Source: a virus
Taxonomy: Duplodnaviria; Caudoviricetes
Strand: one strand, 5' to 3'
Length of the DNA: 64,000 nt
IMG/VR virus record: IMGVR_UViG_3300032226_000829
Shown: in pieces, positions 44,347 to 52,720 of the stretch
Layout: every line of letters begins with the position of its first letter
Position numbering within the stretch: the first letter of the stretch is position 1
The notes under the pieces: generated by a model
The model's input: only the letters and a program-made list of their open reading frames with translations
Told to the model about the DNA's origin: nothing
Databases searched by the model: none
Position numbers and translations under genes: made by a program

Positions 44347-45462
44347 ATGACTCTCAAAGGACTTATACCTGGCAGACAGCAGCCCACACATCCAGCAGAC
44401 AAACATTGGCAATTTGGTACTGTTATGAATGGCGTTAAAAAGGTTGATCCTTTGTTGCATTATAGTTGCTTTACTTTGGGTTTCGATAGAACAGACATCA
44501 TTGAATATGTGTGTGATGCTATGAAAAATATCAAACCAGAAATAGCAGAATCTATTGTGCATGCTGAAGATTTAAAGTTAAACCATGCAAGTTATGAACT
44601 CAGCAATAAGTTGTTTGAGATGAGTGGAGGATATAGAAGCTTTTTCGCATTGTCAGGCAGTGATGCCAACGAAGGAGCGATAAAGTTATCTTCTGCCTAT
44701 CATCATGTGAAGAAAAACAATAACAAAAAACAAGTGATAAGTTTTGAGGGCAGTTATCACGGCAGCACTTTCCTTAACAATAATCTTGGAGATCTGCTGA
44801 TGGTTAATCCCATGTATACTATGGATAGGTATCATGGTGCAACAAAACTTGCCAGAGATTTTGAAATAGATCAAGTGGATTGGACCAAAGTGATGAGTGT
44901 GATAGTAGAACCATGTTCATACGGTGGGGACATGACTCCAAACTCAAATGAGTTTTGGCAAAAACTAAAACATGTTCAACAAACATTTGATGTGTTGATC
45001 ATTATGGATGATATTTTTATAGGGGGAGGCAAAACTGGTAATTATTTTGGATGGAAACACTTGCCCATACAACCTGATATCTGCACCATGGGCAAAGCCA
45101 TCACAGGTGGTTATTTTCCTTTGAGTATTACCATGTACAATGAAAAAATACATCAAACACTGCCCACAAACTTTGATTGGGATCATGGATACACTTACAA
45201 TTTTTCTTTGTCAGGCATCAACAGTGCTTTGAAATATATGGACATACTGGAAAAAGAACAGGTATTGAACAACCATCAAACAATTCAAAACACTGCTGTT
45301 AAAACTATTCAAAGCACAGGTTTTGAAATACTGAATCGTTTTGGTTGCCTCTATATGATACGCAAAGGCAATTATAAAAATTTATATATTGTGCCTTTGA
45401 ATGCTACTGAAGAATATTTTACTGTGCTTAAACAAAATTTAGAATCATATGAAAATAATTGA
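44347..45462 (+). CDS. Class III PLP aminotransferase
   Basis: SGSDANEGAIK, SYHG, VEP, DDIFIGGGKTG, PDICTMGKAITGGYFP, HGYTY; TAATTA plus 5 nt before ATG. Confidence 0.85.
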   Translation: MTLKGLIPGRQQPTHPADKHWQFGTVMNGVKKVDPLLHYSCFTLGFDRTDIIEYVCDAMKNIKPEIAESIVHAEDLKLNHASYELSNKLFEMSGGYRSFFALSGSDANEGAIKLSSAYHHVKKNNNKKQVISFEGSYHGSTFLNNNLGDLLMVNPMYTMDRYHGATKLARDFEIDQVDWTKVMSVIVEPCSYGGDMTPNSNEFWQKLKHVQQTFDVLIIMDDIFIGGGKTGNYFGWKHLPIQPDICTMGKAITGGYFPLSITMYNEKIHQTLPTNFDWDHGYTYNFSLSGINSALKYMDILEKEQVLNNHQTIQNTAVKTIQSTGFEILNRFGCLYMIRKGNYKNLYIVPLNATEEYFTVLKQNLESYENN

Positions 45463-46003
45463 TAATTTTTTTGACTCTGCAACGCTATCAGAACTAAAAA
45501 AAGCCATTCAAAACGAAATAGCTAACGAAATCAGTGCTATTAAAAAATCCGACCTGAGCACAGAAAAAGACCATGTGGGATTAGAAAACAGCAATTATTA
45601 TTTTTTAAATGGTCCTGCTAAAATTATTGTATTAAAAAATTTAGTGGCAAATAAGTTGTTGTCTGCTGAAGTGATGGATGATAACGACAGTATGCTACGC
45701 TATCATGTCAATAGAGCTCCCTACAATGCTAGATGGCATTTGGATGGATTATATGCTAAAAAAGATGAATTGGACTACATAGGCATAACAATTTTCTTAA
45801 ATGATGTTTGGCAAACAAATGACGGAGGATTATTTGTTTACAAAGAAAATAAAAATGATACACAGGGCAAGTTTGTTGAACCTATAGGTAATAGAGTTAT
45901 AATTAATTCCAAAGATCTTGATCACGCAGTTACAGCAATAACCAACCAAGAAGTGGTTCGATATTCTTTACAGATGTTTATTAATCACAAATACTTAATA
46001 TGA
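45449..46003 (+). CDS. 2OG-Fe(II) oxygenase (prolyl-hydroxylase-like)
   Basis: WHLD, IFLNDVW..NDGG, NR, HAV, RYSL. Confidence 0.75.
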   Translation: MKIIDNFFDSATLSELKKAIQNEIANEISAIKKSDLSTEKDHVGLENSNYYFLNGPAKIIVLKNLVANKLLSAEVMDDNDSMLRYHVNRAPYNARWHLDGLYAKKDELDYIGITIFLNDVWQTNDGGLFVYKENKNDTQGKFVEPIGNRVIINSKDLDHAVTAITNQEVVRYSLQMFINHKYLI

Positions 46004-47073
46004 TACACACAGAATTTGATCCATTACAAGAAGTAATTGTGGGAGATTGCTATGCTCCTGGAGATATGGATCATTTTTTACCCAAAGAAAGCATATCAAG
46101 TTTCAATAGAATACTGGAAGAAACCAAACAAGACCTTAACAATCTTGCAGATTTTATAAAAAACTCTAACATTAAAGTGCATAGACCAGAAGTATTAAAA
46201 TACACAAAATCTATAGAGATGCCTAATTTTAAAGTGAATTTTCCCATGTGTCCCATGGTGCCTAGAGATCAATATCTAATTTTAGATAGACAAATTATAC
46301 AAACTTATACCAGCTACACAGATAGATATTTTGATTCGTTGAGTTATGCGAAAATTTTTAATGAATTATTCAAAGAAGGATACAATTGGATTTCACAACC
46401 TCTGCCCAAACTAATCAACACTCAGATAGATGAAAGTTGGTACATATCTGACTCTATCTATCAAGAAAAATTATCAGATCAATTGCTATGGCACACAGCT
46501 ACCATATTCAAAGCAGGAGATTCTTTGCTGTATAACAGTAGAGGTCCTGGTTCTACTTTTGGTTTGGAATGGTTCAAACGTAATTGTAAGGATTATACAC
46601 TGATTGAAAACACTGGTGATACTGTGTTTAAAAACTATGGACATATTGATCATGGATTTTTATTAATAGACGATGACACAGTAATACATGCTGGCATAGA
46701 ATGGGTGCCTTTGGCATTAAGAAATAAAAAATTAATAGATGTTAAAAATTATGTTGGCAAGGTTGTGATAGACAACTACATTAAAGACTACACTGCCACA
46801 GATGGCAGATATTCCAATGCTTGGCTGGAACAATATCTGGCTAATTGGAGAGGATACACACAAGAAGTTTGTTTTGATTTAAACGTATTAATTTTAGATT
46901 CAAAAAACATATTGTTTGGCAAACATTTACCTGAACTATTTCAATATTTAAAGACTTTTAACATCAATTGTCATGTGGTGCCACAACGTCACGAAGTATA
47001 TTGGGAAGGTGGAACTCATTGCTGCACACTAGATGTTAAAAGAAAAGGTTCAAAAAGAAAGATAATAAATTAA
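46000..47073 (+). CDS. Amidinotransferase (glycine/inosamine-phosphate AT superfamily)
   Basis: EFDPLQEVIVG, PRD, HID, GGTHCCTLD catalytic Cys motif. Confidence 0.85.
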   Translation: MIHTEFDPLQEVIVGDCYAPGDMDHFLPKESISSFNRILEETKQDLNNLADFIKNSNIKVHRPEVLKYTKSIEMPNFKVNFPMCPMVPRDQYLILDRQIIQTYTSYTDRYFDSLSYAKIFNELFKEGYNWISQPLPKLINTQIDESWYISDSIYQEKLSDQLLWHTATIFKAGDSLLYNSRGPGSTFGLEWFKRNCKDYTLIENTGDTVFKNYGHIDHGFLLIDDDTVIHAGIEWVPLALRNKKLIDVKNYVGKVVIDNYIKDYTATDGRYSNAWLEQYLANWRGYTQEVCFDLNVLILDSKNILFGKHLPELFQYLKTFNINCHVVPQRHEVYWEGGTHCCTLDVKRKGSKRKIIN

Positions 47074-47624
47074 ATTTTTCTTACATCAATAGTGCTGACG
47101 TACAAAGGCTCATTCAATACAGTATTAAAAATACGAATGATATCTTGAGTATCACAGAAGGGTTCACTCTGTCTAACTCCGGTTTTTTCACCATAATTTA
47201 AAATTCGTATCAGCACACTTTGAGGTTGAGCACCAAATGGTGTTTTAACACTTAAAAACCTATGCACATTTTCCAAATGAGTTTTTTGTTTAATATAATT
47301 TAAATCAGCGCCCACTTGTTTTAAAATATCTTCTGATAACTCAGTACCCAATGTACCAAAAGTTATTATTTTGCCTGTTTTATTTGTTTCACTCCATTTT
47401 TTATGAACCATCATCAACAGTTGAATCTGTGCATCACCCACGTGTGCTAGATTGACAAAATGGTCATAACTCGCACTTTGATCAACCACTCGTTGAATAT
47501 CTTCCAATTTGTTCAAATTGTATCCAGTGTTTCTAGATATGCCCACAACTTCATGATGATGTTTGAGATGTTCAAACAACACAGATCCTATGGGAGAAGT
47601 ATGTCCGGTCATTAATATTTTCAT
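47070..47624 (-). CDS. Short-chain dehydrogenase/reductase-like
   Basis: MTGHTSPIG, GISR, FVNLA, Y..QK. Confidence 0.7.
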   Translation of the reverse strand: MKILMTGHTSPIGSVLFEHLKHHHEVVGISRNTGYNLNKLEDIQRVVDQSASYDHFVNLAHVGDAQIQLLMMVHKKWSETNKTGKIITFGTLGTELSEDILKQVGADLNYIKQKTHLENVHRFLSVKTPFGAQPQSVLIRILNYGEKTGVRQSEPFCDTQDIIRIFNTVLNEPLYVSTIDVRKI

Positions 47625-48202
47625 GATACTGTGAACCTCACTATCTGTATAAATCTACTGTCCATGCTGCTGCCATGTCCGTATTCTTCAATTTCAAACA
47701 TGATAGGATTGACTCCTTGCCAAAAAAATTCTTTTTCTGCACTCAAGGTGGTACCTGCTTGCACGTTTTGATTGTGTATCAGTGTTTCGCCATTCAGTTT
47801 AAAATGGAAGTATTCTTGACTGATACCAAATTTGTCATTGAAAGATTGCAATGATTGTGCATCACACAGTGATAAGTTATAGGTAAATTTACATGACCAC
47901 CAGTCTACATCTTTATAAATCAACTCAATTTGAGCTGTGAGTTCTATTTGTTTGTCATCATGCCAACTTTGTTTATTTTGTAGTACCAATGTGTTATTGT
48001 TTTTTTGTAAAACAATTTCAGCGCTTCTGCTTATGCTTTTTTTTTCAGCAGTTTCCTTGCTTAATTCTATGGTATCAAACAATACAGAGTTGTTCCATTG
48101 CAATATCAATTGATCCTGTAACTTGCCTTCAGCAACCAGTTCATTGGCTACATAAGAAGAACGCATCACTGGAAAATAATCAAACTGTAATTTTTTTTTC
48201 AT
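47621..48202 (-). CDS. Hypothetical protein (193 aa)
   Basis: Coupled ORF. Confidence 0.65.
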   Translation of the reverse strand: MKKKLQFDYFPVMRSSYVANELVAEGKLQDQLILQWNNSVLFDTIELSKETAEKKSISRSAEIVLQKNNNTLVLQNKQSWHDDKQIELTAQIELIYKDVDWWSCKFTYNLSLCDAQSLQSFNDKFGISQEYFHFKLNGETLIHNQNVQAGTTLSAEKEFFWQGVNPIMFEIEEYGHGSSMDSRFIQIVRFTVS

Positions 48203-48954
48203 TGTTTTAATTGAGCCATTAATTCTTTGTTAAAGATACCTTCTATCCTCATAGACCAACTCACGTTATTGGTATTTTCTACTCCGCCATGCCAATCATG
48301 ATTGTTCCAATAGAATGAGCTGCCAGGAGTCATGTGTATTTTTTCGTCTCCGTTTTCCACATACAAAGATCTAACATTCATGGGATCAAACCATATAAAA
48401 TGCTCTTCCTGTTCATAGGGTTCCATCTGTAAAAAACAATCTCTGTGTTTGGCAGTTTTTAATCCAGAATTTTTCAATAATAGTATGATTGGTCCCAATG
48501 GTTCAAATGGCAATTTTTTAGCCCAATCCACTAGTGATGGAAAATACTTGGATTCTTCTGTCCATCTACAGTCATATATTGGTTTTTTATTTGCATCATA
48601 AGGTAGATATGGAGCGTTAATACATCTATCAAATTCTCTTATCACAAGATAATTCAGCGCTTCGTACACAGGATACTGATACATTAACCAGTAATGAAAA
48701 CCCACCATGTCGGTTTTTTCCAACTCTGCACCGTACTGTTTTAGTTTAGGATCTGTTTCTTTATCACGCCAATAATTATAGGCTCCTTTAATATCATCCA
48801 CATATTCTTCATGATTTTCTATGCCGTAGTTCAATCTAATATGTGCGTGAGCTTTGCCTATGCCGTAGTGAACATCTTTTGTGATGTCTTTTAATTGTTG
48901 TATATTCACATAGGGATCCATACAGATGTATGGTTTGCCGTAAACACCTTTCAT
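48199..48954 (-). CDS. 2OG-Fe(II)-type oxygenase-like, paralog of 41813
   Basis: G..GKPYI N-terminus, HRD...WHGG...RIE. Confidence 0.65.
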   Translation of the reverse strand: MKGVYGKPYICMDPYVNIQQLKDITKDVHYGIGKAHAHIRLNYGIENHEEYVDDIKGAYNYWRDKETDPKLKQYGAELEKTDMVGFHYWLMYQYPVYEALNYLVIREFDRCINAPYLPYDANKKPIYDCRWTEESKYFPSLVDWAKKLPFEPLGPIILLLKNSGLKTAKHRDCFLQMEPYEQEEHFIWFDPMNVRSLYVENGDEKIHMTPGSSFYWNNHDWHGGVENTNNVSWSMRIEGIFNKELMAQLKQ

Positions 48955-48955
48955 A

Positions 48956-49504
48956 TTATCCCCATATGTTAAAAATATATTTGGGCACTAATCCTGCATT
49001 GGATCCTGCATGCCATGAAGTACGTTTGGGCCATTTCCAAGTGGCTCCTGTTTCTTGATTGTACAAACAATGATCTTCCACAATTAAAACATGTCCTGGT
49101 GCTGGTGGACTTATGTGGCAATGAAATCGAACTATTTCTTTTTTGTGTTCTAAAGTTTTTTCATCGTCGGTGATATCCCAATGCCAAGGTGCTACGTCAC
49201 CAGGTTTTACTCTGCTGATCCAAGCATTGATATAACTGCTCATTCCCACCCATTCACAAAACTTTTCCGCTATCTTTTTATCAAAATTTGTGCCTGGTAG
49301 GTACATGTCCCAACTGGCATTGCCGCCTTCGTGTTTCATCTTATATCCAGCTTCACGCAATGGTTTGGCCACTTCTTCCACACCGGGCACATGATGTCCC
49401 ACATCATGTCTTGGTCCTATGTAAGCACTCTGTTGATCTTCAATGCTTTTTATAATACTGTGCCAATCAATCAGATCTTTGCAGTTACCCACATATTCAA
49501 GCAT
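48956..49504 (-). CDS. 2OG-Fe(II) oxygenase (AspH-like)
   Basis: ISRVKPG..APWHWD, RFHCHI, WHAG. Confidence 0.7.
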   Translation of the reverse strand: MLEYVGNCKDLIDWHSIIKSIEDQQSAYIGPRHDVGHHVPGVEEVAKPLREAGYKMKHEGGNASWDMYLPGTNFDKKIAEKFCEWVGMSSYINAWISRVKPGDVAPWHWDITDDEKTLEHKKEIVRFHCHISPPAPGHVLIVEDHCLYNQETGATWKWPKRTSWHAGSNAGLVPKYIFNIWG

Positions 49505-50132
49505 TTAAAAAATCTCCTGGCCAATTGCCATAATTCATTTCCACAGTTAATTCATACAATTTAAAAGTGTCATACAATTCACCCACAAGACTTTGAGCAA
49601 ATCTAGGATGAGTGGGATCAAATAATATGGATTTTAACAATTCCTTGGACACATATCTATCTTCGTCACAGGTACAACCGTAAAGATCCATTATGCGAAC
49701 TTTGTTTTTATCATCCAAATAAAATGTGTGTGGATACAGATTGGATTTGTGTATGTTCATTGACAATAAGTCTGACAAAATGTCTTTGACCTGTTGTTGC
49801 CAGTTGGGCACTGCGGATATTTCGCCTGTGTGTATGAGTTTGCTTAGACTACGATCATACCATTTGAACTCAATGGTTCTATTTCTGTGATCAATGTTTA
49901 AGATTTCAGGAGCATATGGTTTATTTTTTAATTTTTCTATATAATTGATTTCTCTAGAAAACCAATTTTGTCTAAAGTCATCTGTCATATTGGAATTAAC
50001 AAAATATTGATTGCTGTTAAAATTCATTTTAAATATATCTTTGTCAGGACTAATCAATGGTTCATACACCATGTTGGCAATGGCTAATGTGCCCAGTTCA
50101 TGTTTGTAAAAATTATTCCAATATTTCATCAT
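49497..50132 (-). CDS. Protein-kinase-fold protein, catalytic Asp replaced by Asn
   Basis: FK, SRE, APEIL, IHKSNLYPHTF, DLYG; paralog of 40536. Confidence 0.55.
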   Translation of the reverse strand: MMKYWNNFYKHELGTLAIANMVYEPLISPDKDIFKMNFNSNQYFVNSNMTDDFRQNWFSREINYIEKLKNKPYAPEILNIDHRNRTIEFKWYDRSLSKLIHTGEISAVPNWQQQVKDILSDLLSMNIHKSNLYPHTFYLDDKNKVRIMDLYGCTCDEDRYVSKELLKSILFDPTHPRFAQSLVGELYDTFKLYELTVEMNYGNWPGDFLNA

Positions 50133-50796
50133 ACATAACCTTTATGTTAAATCCACAAGTGTCTACCAGTTTGTTCACTTGTGGTAGATGAGTGCGTTCT
50201 ATTTTAAAACTTATTTCAGTTTCAGAAATTTTTTTAAATTTATTCATACATCCTTGTTTGTTTAATCTATTTAAAACTATGGAAAAACTATGATCAAACA
50301 AATATCTTAGATTGTATGGAGGATCATTAACTATAATTTTGACCGAACACGGATCTTTTAGTTCTACTTTGTTTAATAATTTTCTTACCACAAGTTGAAT
50401 GCGTGATTTATATCCCAAATTAGCAGCAGAATGTATGCGACCAGCATCCATAAGATACACTGTGTTGTCCACTTCAGTGGGGTACATTTTTAAATTTTTT
50501 AAATCATACAGATAACTGTGTTCACCTTGCAGTGTCAAATGGTATCGGTCATCTATGTCAGCATGAGCACAATAACTTTCACCTGGCTCTAATACAATTA
50601 TTCTTGCTTCACCCACAGATCCCAGTTGAGCAAACAGATCCACAATGGCGGGCTTTTTGAATTCATCTTTCAACTGCCAAGCATCATAGAAAAAATCTCC
50701 AGTGGGTTTATTCAATTGAGTTTTTGGTAAATCCAAAATTGGTAAACTGTTAAAAATTTCTTTGGCTGAACATGTTATATTAATTTGGTCAAGCAT
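50113..50796 (-). CDS. Aspartyl/asparaginyl beta-hydroxylase-like oxygenase
   Basis: ARIIVLEPGESYCAHADIDDRYHL, MDAGRIHSAAN, RIQLV. Confidence 0.7.
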   Translation of the reverse strand: MLDQINITCSAKEIFNSLPILDLPKTQLNKPTGDFFYDAWQLKDEFKKPAIVDLFAQLGSVGEARIIVLEPGESYCAHADIDDRYHLTLQGEHSYLYDLKNLKMYPTEVDNTVYLMDAGRIHSAANLGYKSRIQLVVRKLLNKVELKDPCSVKIIVNDPPYNLRYLFDHSFSIVLNRLNKQGCMNKFKKISETEISFKIERTHLPQVNKLVDTCGFNIKVMYDEILE

Positions 50797-50800
50797 AGCT

Positions 50801-50846
50801 GTACTTATCGTGAAAAATTATGTGGGCAGTTAATTACGATAAATAC
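50801..50846. promoter_or_regulatory. Divergent late promoter pair
   Basis: GTACTTATCG (50801-50810) and CGATAAATAC (50837-50846) inverted repeat with one mismatch; TAAGTA on - strand, TAAATA on + strand. Confidence 0.6.
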
Positions 50847-50858
50847 TCTGTCCATACT

Positions 50859-51902
50859 ATGTCCAATTTCGAGCAGTCAAATTTCAGTGATGAATCGTCA
50901 GTCAATGCTGGCCAATCATCTGAACAGTTAATCAGGATACAGAGCAACCAAAAAAAAGATAGTTTTAGGATAGAATTATTCCTCAGCAACAGATGCAACT
51001 ACAAGTGCTGGTATTGTTTTCCAGGATCCAATGAAGGCACACATGGTTGGCCTGATCTTGAAATAATCAAAAAGAATCTTTCCCATCTTATTGAACACTA
51101 CAAAAAAAATATTGGCAAAAAAGATTTCTATCTGCACCTCATAGGAGGTGAACCCACCATATGGAAAGATTTTGGAGAATTTACCAAATATTTCAAAGAA
51201 CAATTCAACTGTTTGATTAGCATGAGCACCAATGGATCACGCACACTGAGATGGTGGGAAGAATATGGTCATTACAATGACATTGTGATGCTGAGCTGTC
51301 ATCATGAAAGAGTGGACGTGCCACATATTGTTGCTGTGGCAGATTTATTGTATAAAAAAGGAGTCAGCGTGGATGCTAACGTGCTGATGGATCCACATGC
51401 TTGGGATAAATGTGTGGCCATAGTGGAGCAGTTAAAATCCAGCCGAAAAAAATGGGCTATAAATGTGTTGGAGATTTATCACAGCACAGTGAATTATAAT
51501 GCAGAACAAAAGAAATATCTCAGTGACTGCAACAAAAGAAATCCGTCATTTTTTCAACTGTTCAATTGGAAAAAAAGAAGGTTTGAAAAATTCAATTCCA
51601 CTCCCACATTACATTTTAACAATAAGAAAAAGAAAAGAGTATTACAAAATTATCTTTCATTGAACAGTATGAACAATTTTGAAGGATGGCAGTGCAATGT
51701 GGGTGTGGACACCATACAGATCGACAAGCATGGATTAATCAAAGGCTCTTGTGGCAATCGTCTTTATAATTTAAATCGTTCATTCAATCTGTTCAACCAT
51801 GATTTTACTGATAACTTTTACCCTGATATTGTGCCCACAATTTGTGAAAGAAAACGTTGTACTTGTCAACCCGAAATCAACTGCAATAAAAAAACTTTAT
51901 GA
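50859..51902 (+). CDS. Radical SAM enzyme with C-terminal SPASM/twitch-like Cys (347 aa; start reassigned)
   Basis: CNYKCWYC, GGEPT, TNGSR, WQCNVG...GSCG...CERKRCTC. Confidence 0.9.
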   Translation: MSNFEQSNFSDESSVNAGQSSEQLIRIQSNQKKDSFRIELFLSNRCNYKCWYCFPGSNEGTHGWPDLEIIKKNLSHLIEHYKKNIGKKDFYLHLIGGEPTIWKDFGEFTKYFKEQFNCLISMSTNGSRTLRWWEEYGHYNDIVMLSCHHERVDVPHIVAVADLLYKKGVSVDANVLMDPHAWDKCVAIVEQLKSSRKKWAINVLEIYHSTVNYNAEQKKYLSDCNKRNPSFFQLFNWKKRRFEKFNSTPTLHFNNKKKKRVLQNYLSLNSMNNFEGWQCNVGVDTIQIDKHGLIKGSCGNRLYNLNRSFNLFNHDFTDNFYPDIVPTICERKRCTCQPEINCNKKTL

Positions 51903-52720
51903 GTAACACAGAGCAATTAAAAACAATTTACGAAACCAGTGTGTTCAAAAACATATTGCATCTAGTTGATGATGTGTATTTTCCTTTGGCCAGCCAGTGG
52001 AAAAACATTGGCGTCAGTGTGAGTGGTGGTGCTGACAGTGCTTTAATGGCATATCTGCTGTGTGATTTGATTGACAAAAATCAGTTGAATATCACTGTGC
52101 ATATTATTACCAATGTTAGATGTTGGAAAACCAGACCTTGGCAGCGTCATAACAGCATGGAAGTTTATAACTGGTTGACTGATGAATTTAAAAACATAAA
52201 ATTTAAAAGACACGAAAATTTTATTGCTCCTGAACTGGAATGGGGATCCAAAGGACCCAGCATTGTGGATGAATATGGTAGATTAAAGAGTGGCAATCAA
52301 ATAGAACTAAGAGCACATGCTGAATATGTGGCTCACACAAAAAAATTAGATGCTTGGTACTGTGGAGTGACCAAGAATCCCGATAAAGAATTTGATCATC
52401 GTCTCACTGACAGAGATGTGTTGCTCGACACATTGTCTGACACAGTGCTGGACAGATTAATCAAAGCACACATGGGCGGCTATGCTTGTCACCCTTTCAC
52501 TTATGTGCAGAAAGATTGGATAGTTGCCCAATATAAAAAATTAGGCATAATGGACCTATTTGATCTCACTCGCAGTTGTGAAGGTGACCGCGACACATCA
52601 CCTAAAATCTTTGGAGACTTGGACTACAGGACTTATGTGCCGGGGCAGCCCGTGCCTGTGTGTGGAGAATGTTTTTGGTGTCAAGAGCGACAATGGGGAG
52701 TAGACAGTGTCAGACCATAA
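51899..52720 (+). CDS. QueC-like PP-loop ATPase with Zn site
   Basis: VSVSGGADS; TRSC...CGECFWCQER. Confidence 0.7.
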   Translation: MSNTEQLKTIYETSVFKNILHLVDDVYFPLASQWKNIGVSVSGGADSALMAYLLCDLIDKNQLNITVHIITNVRCWKTRPWQRHNSMEVYNWLTDEFKNIKFKRHENFIAPELEWGSKGPSIVDEYGRLKSGNQIELRAHAEYVAHTKKLDAWYCGVTKNPDKEFDHRLTDRDVLLDTLSDTVLDRLIKAHMGGYACHPFTYVQKDWIVAQYKKLGIMDLFDLTRSCEGDRDTSPKIFGDLDYRTYVPGQPVPVCGECFWCQERQWGVDSVRP

